Shown piece by piece: positions 61,183 to 64,000 of a stretch of 64,000 nucleotides of DNA (position 1 is the stretch's first letter; every line of letters begins with the position of its first letter). The notes below the pieces were generated by a model. It had not been told where the DNA came from, did not search any database, and saw nothing but the letters and a program-made list of their open reading frames with translations. The position numbers and the translations under genes are program-made. The stretch covers positions 876,882 through 940,881 of the forward strand of contig MU004192.1 in the NCBI GenBank assembly GCA_010093605.1, written 5' to 3'. The stretch is from Lophium mytilinum (taxonomy: Eukaryota).

Positions 61183-62871
61183 ATGCCAAAGCACTCTGCT
61201 GTGCCATCGTACACATGCACTCGCTGCTTGCGAGCAGCTTTCCACCCCCAAAAAACCCATCTCCAGCGCCGCTACTTCGTTGATCCCGCAACGCCACCCG
61301 CGAAAGACGAACCCTCCCGCAACGAAAATGCCCAAAGCGTGGACAATGGCGCGGCGAAAGAGGAGGAAAGCGGAGCAATGTCCCGCCGACTAGCACAAAT
61401 GAGCGAAGAAAGCCTCGAAACAGGCGGAAGAAGCGCCCAAAAAGCCGTCGAGGAATCCGGCTTCGACGAATCCCTACGCCGGAAACTAGAAGAACGGATC
61501 GCCTCTGCAAACTTCAAAAACGAATACGCCAGCGCTTTTGCGGAAGCCGGACTGCCGTCGAGTGCCGGGAGGAGCACGAGAGACATCGCCGCGGCGCAGG
61601 CGTGGACCGGGACGGAGAGCGTGGAGGATGCGTCGTTGCGGATGCTGACGGACTCGTACAAGCCGATGCGGGTGAAGACGCGGATTCCGTCCCCTGCGAC
61701 TCAGCCACCGAAGAGGGTGGATACGGGGCGGCCGGGGCATAGATCTACGGGGGCGCGGCTGGCGAATGCGAGGGATAAGACGTCTATATACGCTACGCTC
61801 AAGGATTCAGGATTGTCGGAGAAGGAAAAGGAGAAGATGCGGCAGGATATGAAGGATCGGTTCGCACCGCATGCTCGTGCGGTTCCGGCGACTATTCAGG
61901 GACTGGCTTCTCTGGCGAATGAGCGTATTGAGGATGCTATTGCGAGGGGGCAGTTTAAGAATCTTCCGAATCGGGGAAAGCAGATTGAGAGGGACTATAA
62001 TGCTAGTAGTCCCTTCTTGGACACGACGGAGTACTTTATGAACAAGATTATTCAAAAGCAGGAGATTGTGCCGCCCTGGATAGAGAAGCAGCAGGAGCTT
62101 GTCAGCACCGCTACCAAGTTCCGTGCCCGGCTGCGAAACGATTGGAAACGGCATGCTGCCAGGATGATCGCTAGTAGAGGAGGGACCCTTCAAGAGCAAG
62201 TCCGCAGAGCACAAGCCTACGCGGCAGCCGAACTCATCGTCAACCCTCCAAGGCGAAAAGAGGAGAAACTCAACAGTGTAGACGACGCAGGCCATTTTTC
62301 TCAGATCTCGCTATCAGGGGAGCTCAGCGTACCATCGACTTCCGCCTCCTCTGTAACTCAACCAGTGACGGAGATAGTCATCACAGAAACCAAAACCCCA
62401 CAAGCGGTCGCTGCTGAATCCCCTGAATCTGTCACCTCGGATCAACCGTCTACCCAGGACCCCATACCCCCAATTGCCACCTCCCAATCACCCCCACCAA
62501 TCCCCTTCCGTGATCCCACCTGGCTCGCTACCGAAAACGCTTTCCTCACCCTCTCAATTACCTCCTTGAACGCTTTGACACGCACCTACAACCTCATGGC
62601 GCCCGACCTCGCCAAGAAACCCTACTTTTCCCTCCCCCGCGAGCTCGCTGCTTGTTACTCAGACGTCGCGCCGCAGATAGCAAACGCGATTGTCGAGCGA
62701 GCGGCAGCCCCTAAGCGGCCGACGGACGATGGGTTCGGCTTTGGGAAGGGTGCGGGGATGGTGGAGCGGTTGACTGGGGGAGGAGTGAGGGTGAAGGATG
62801 AGCGACCGGGGAGGGCGTATGGGTTCAAAGAGTTTTGGAGAGATGTGTGGGGAAAGGAGGGCAGTGGGTAG
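61183..62871 (+). CDS. DUF1992 / DNAJC28-conserved-domain protein, probably mitochondrial
   Basis: 562-aa ORF with ANERIEDAIARGQFKNLP.RGK and MNKIIQKQEIVPPWIEKQ. Arg-rich, presequence-like N-terminus (YTCTRCLRAA..QRRY). Confidence 0.8.
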   Translation: MPKHSAVPSYTCTRCLRAAFHPQKTHLQRRYFVDPATPPAKDEPSRNENAQSVDNGAAKEEESGAMSRRLAQMSEESLETGGRSAQKAVEESGFDESLRRKLEERIASANFKNEYASAFAEAGLPSSAGRSTRDIAAAQAWTGTESVEDASLRMLTDSYKPMRVKTRIPSPATQPPKRVDTGRPGHRSTGARLANARDKTSIYATLKDSGLSEKEKEKMRQDMKDRFAPHARAVPATIQGLASLANERIEDAIARGQFKNLPNRGKQIERDYNASSPFLDTTEYFMNKIIQKQEIVPPWIEKQQELVSTATKFRARLRNDWKRHAARMIASRGGTLQEQVRRAQAYAAAELIVNPPRRKEEKLNSVDDAGHFSQISLSGELSVPSTSASSVTQPVTEIVITETKTPQAVAAESPESVTSDQPSTQDPIPPIATSQSPPPIPFRDPTWLATENAFLTLSITSLNALTRTYNLMAPDLAKKPYFSLPRELAACYSDVAPQIANAIVERAAAPKRPTDDGFGFGKGAGMVERLTGGGVRVKDERPGRAYGFKEFWRDVWGKEGSG

Positions 62872-63139
62872 TGTACGGCGGTAGTGTTGATGGTAATCAT
62901 GATTATGAGTAAGCGCGTACGCTAGCGGACTGTTTTTGATTTTATACAGAGGTGTATATACAATGTAAGAAGACGTAATCTACTCCGTTCATGAGTATCG
63001 TTCCTTTTCGTAATCTTGGTCGTTAAGTATGTCGTGTCGTCGTATCCAAAGCGTCGGCCATCTGGCGTACCCAAAGCAGTATCCAGCAGTCGTATCCAAC
63101 TTTCCGTCTATCAATGAAACCACTCACCTCTCTCTGTTC

Positions 63140-64000
63140 TCATTCAATCCCCCTCCTACCAACTCCACCCTCCTCATCCCTCGGCTGACAAAAACAAACT
63201 CTCAACGCCCACCCAACACTCTCCCCCACCCTCCCCTCACAACAGAACCCCGTCGTCCCCCTGGTCGTCCCCCTAATCCCATCATCCTCATCAACCGTCC
63301 CATCCACAGCCACAAACCCAACCCCCTGCATAACCCTCCCCACACCCCTTCCCCTACAACTCCTCTGACTTATCCCCGCCATCCCCTTCGTATTTTTCAC
63401 CCCACTCCTCGGCTGCAAACTCGCCGCCCGAACCTCCCCCCCACATCCATGCACATCGCGGTGCTTAACAAGCCTCCCCTTCGGCAATCCCACGCTCCTA
63501 TGACTCGGAATCGCAGGACCATGCGGCTCGACCGACGGCGTTATAGGCGTCCGTGGCGGGTGAACGTGCGTGCGGATCGGGATGCTAACGCGCGGGACGC
63601 TCTCGCTGCTCAGCGGGCGATACGCCACACCTCCTCCGCTACCGCTGCGGCGCTCGGGCGGTTTGCGCAGCCAGCTGGGGAGCGGGTACGTGGAGGCGGG
63701 GGACGGGGTGGCGGGGAGGGTGACGAGGCGGGCGAGGGGCTCGATGGGGTTTTGGAGGGAGGCAATCGCGGACGGGCTGGCGATGCGGGAGTGGCGTTTT
63801 GAGGGGCGGGGTGCTGAGGCGTCGGAGTCGGAGGATGAAGTGACGCGGATGAGGTTGCCGGAGGGGGAGTGGAAGGAGGTTATGCAGGTGCTGGCGCTCG
63901 GGGAGGCGCCGTGGGGTTGTTTGTAGGTGGTCGAGGTGGTGACGATGCCGTTGGCAGCGGCGAAGGGGAGGAGGATGGGGAGGGCGGCGGAGGTGAGGGT
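63140..64000 (-). CDS. Hypothetical protein, 5'-truncated by the window edge
   Basis: The frame of the 63140-63628 ORF stays open up to 64000 (TLTSAALPILLPFAAANGIVTT..). No recognisable domain. Confidence 0.5.
   Translation of the reverse strand, partial: TLTSAALPILLPFAAANGIVTTSTTYKQPHGASPSASTCITSFHSPSGNLIRVTSSSDSDASAPRPSKRHSRIASPSAIASLQNPIEPLARLVTLPATPSPASTYPLPSWLRKPPERRSGSGGGVAYRPLSSESVPRVSIPIRTHVHPPRTPITPSVEPHGPAIPSHRSVGLPKGRLVKHRDVHGCGGEVRAASLQPRSGVKNTKGMAGISQRSCRGRGVGRVMQGVGFVAVDGTVDEDDGIRGTTRGTTGFCCEGRVGESVGWALRVCFCQPRDEEGGVGRRGIE

Overview
This is eukaryotic, intron-containing DNA from a filamentous ascomycete. That call rests on GT..CTRAC..YAG introns of about 50-140 nt and an asco-type laccase; a Dothideomycete-like source is only my impression. 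About 20 protein genes are supportable. Housekeeping or recognisable genes are a flavohemoglobin (partial), poly(A)-binding protein, fructose-1,6-bisphosphatase, a 5'-nucleotidase, a PDK1/Pkh kinase, Stu2/XMAP215, LIS1/NudF and a DUF1992 protein, alongside several unknown fungal proteins. The most notable locus is a compact three-gene cluster at about 32.1-39.5 kb: a CYP56/Dit2-like P450, a Dtr1/QDR-like MFS exporter and a Dit1-type isocyanide synthase. Its two promoter regions carry five TGCCAAG (PacC/Rim101-type) sites. It is followed by an apparently decaying NCS1 permease and a secreted laccase. Also present are a 372-bp TA-flanked Tc1/mariner-type MITE, a 95-aa spliced gene missed by the ORF track, a Cdc26-like motif on a 932-aa disordered protein, and a secreted Thr-rich protein with about 12 introns. 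All family calls come from motif recognition by eye; no database search was run.
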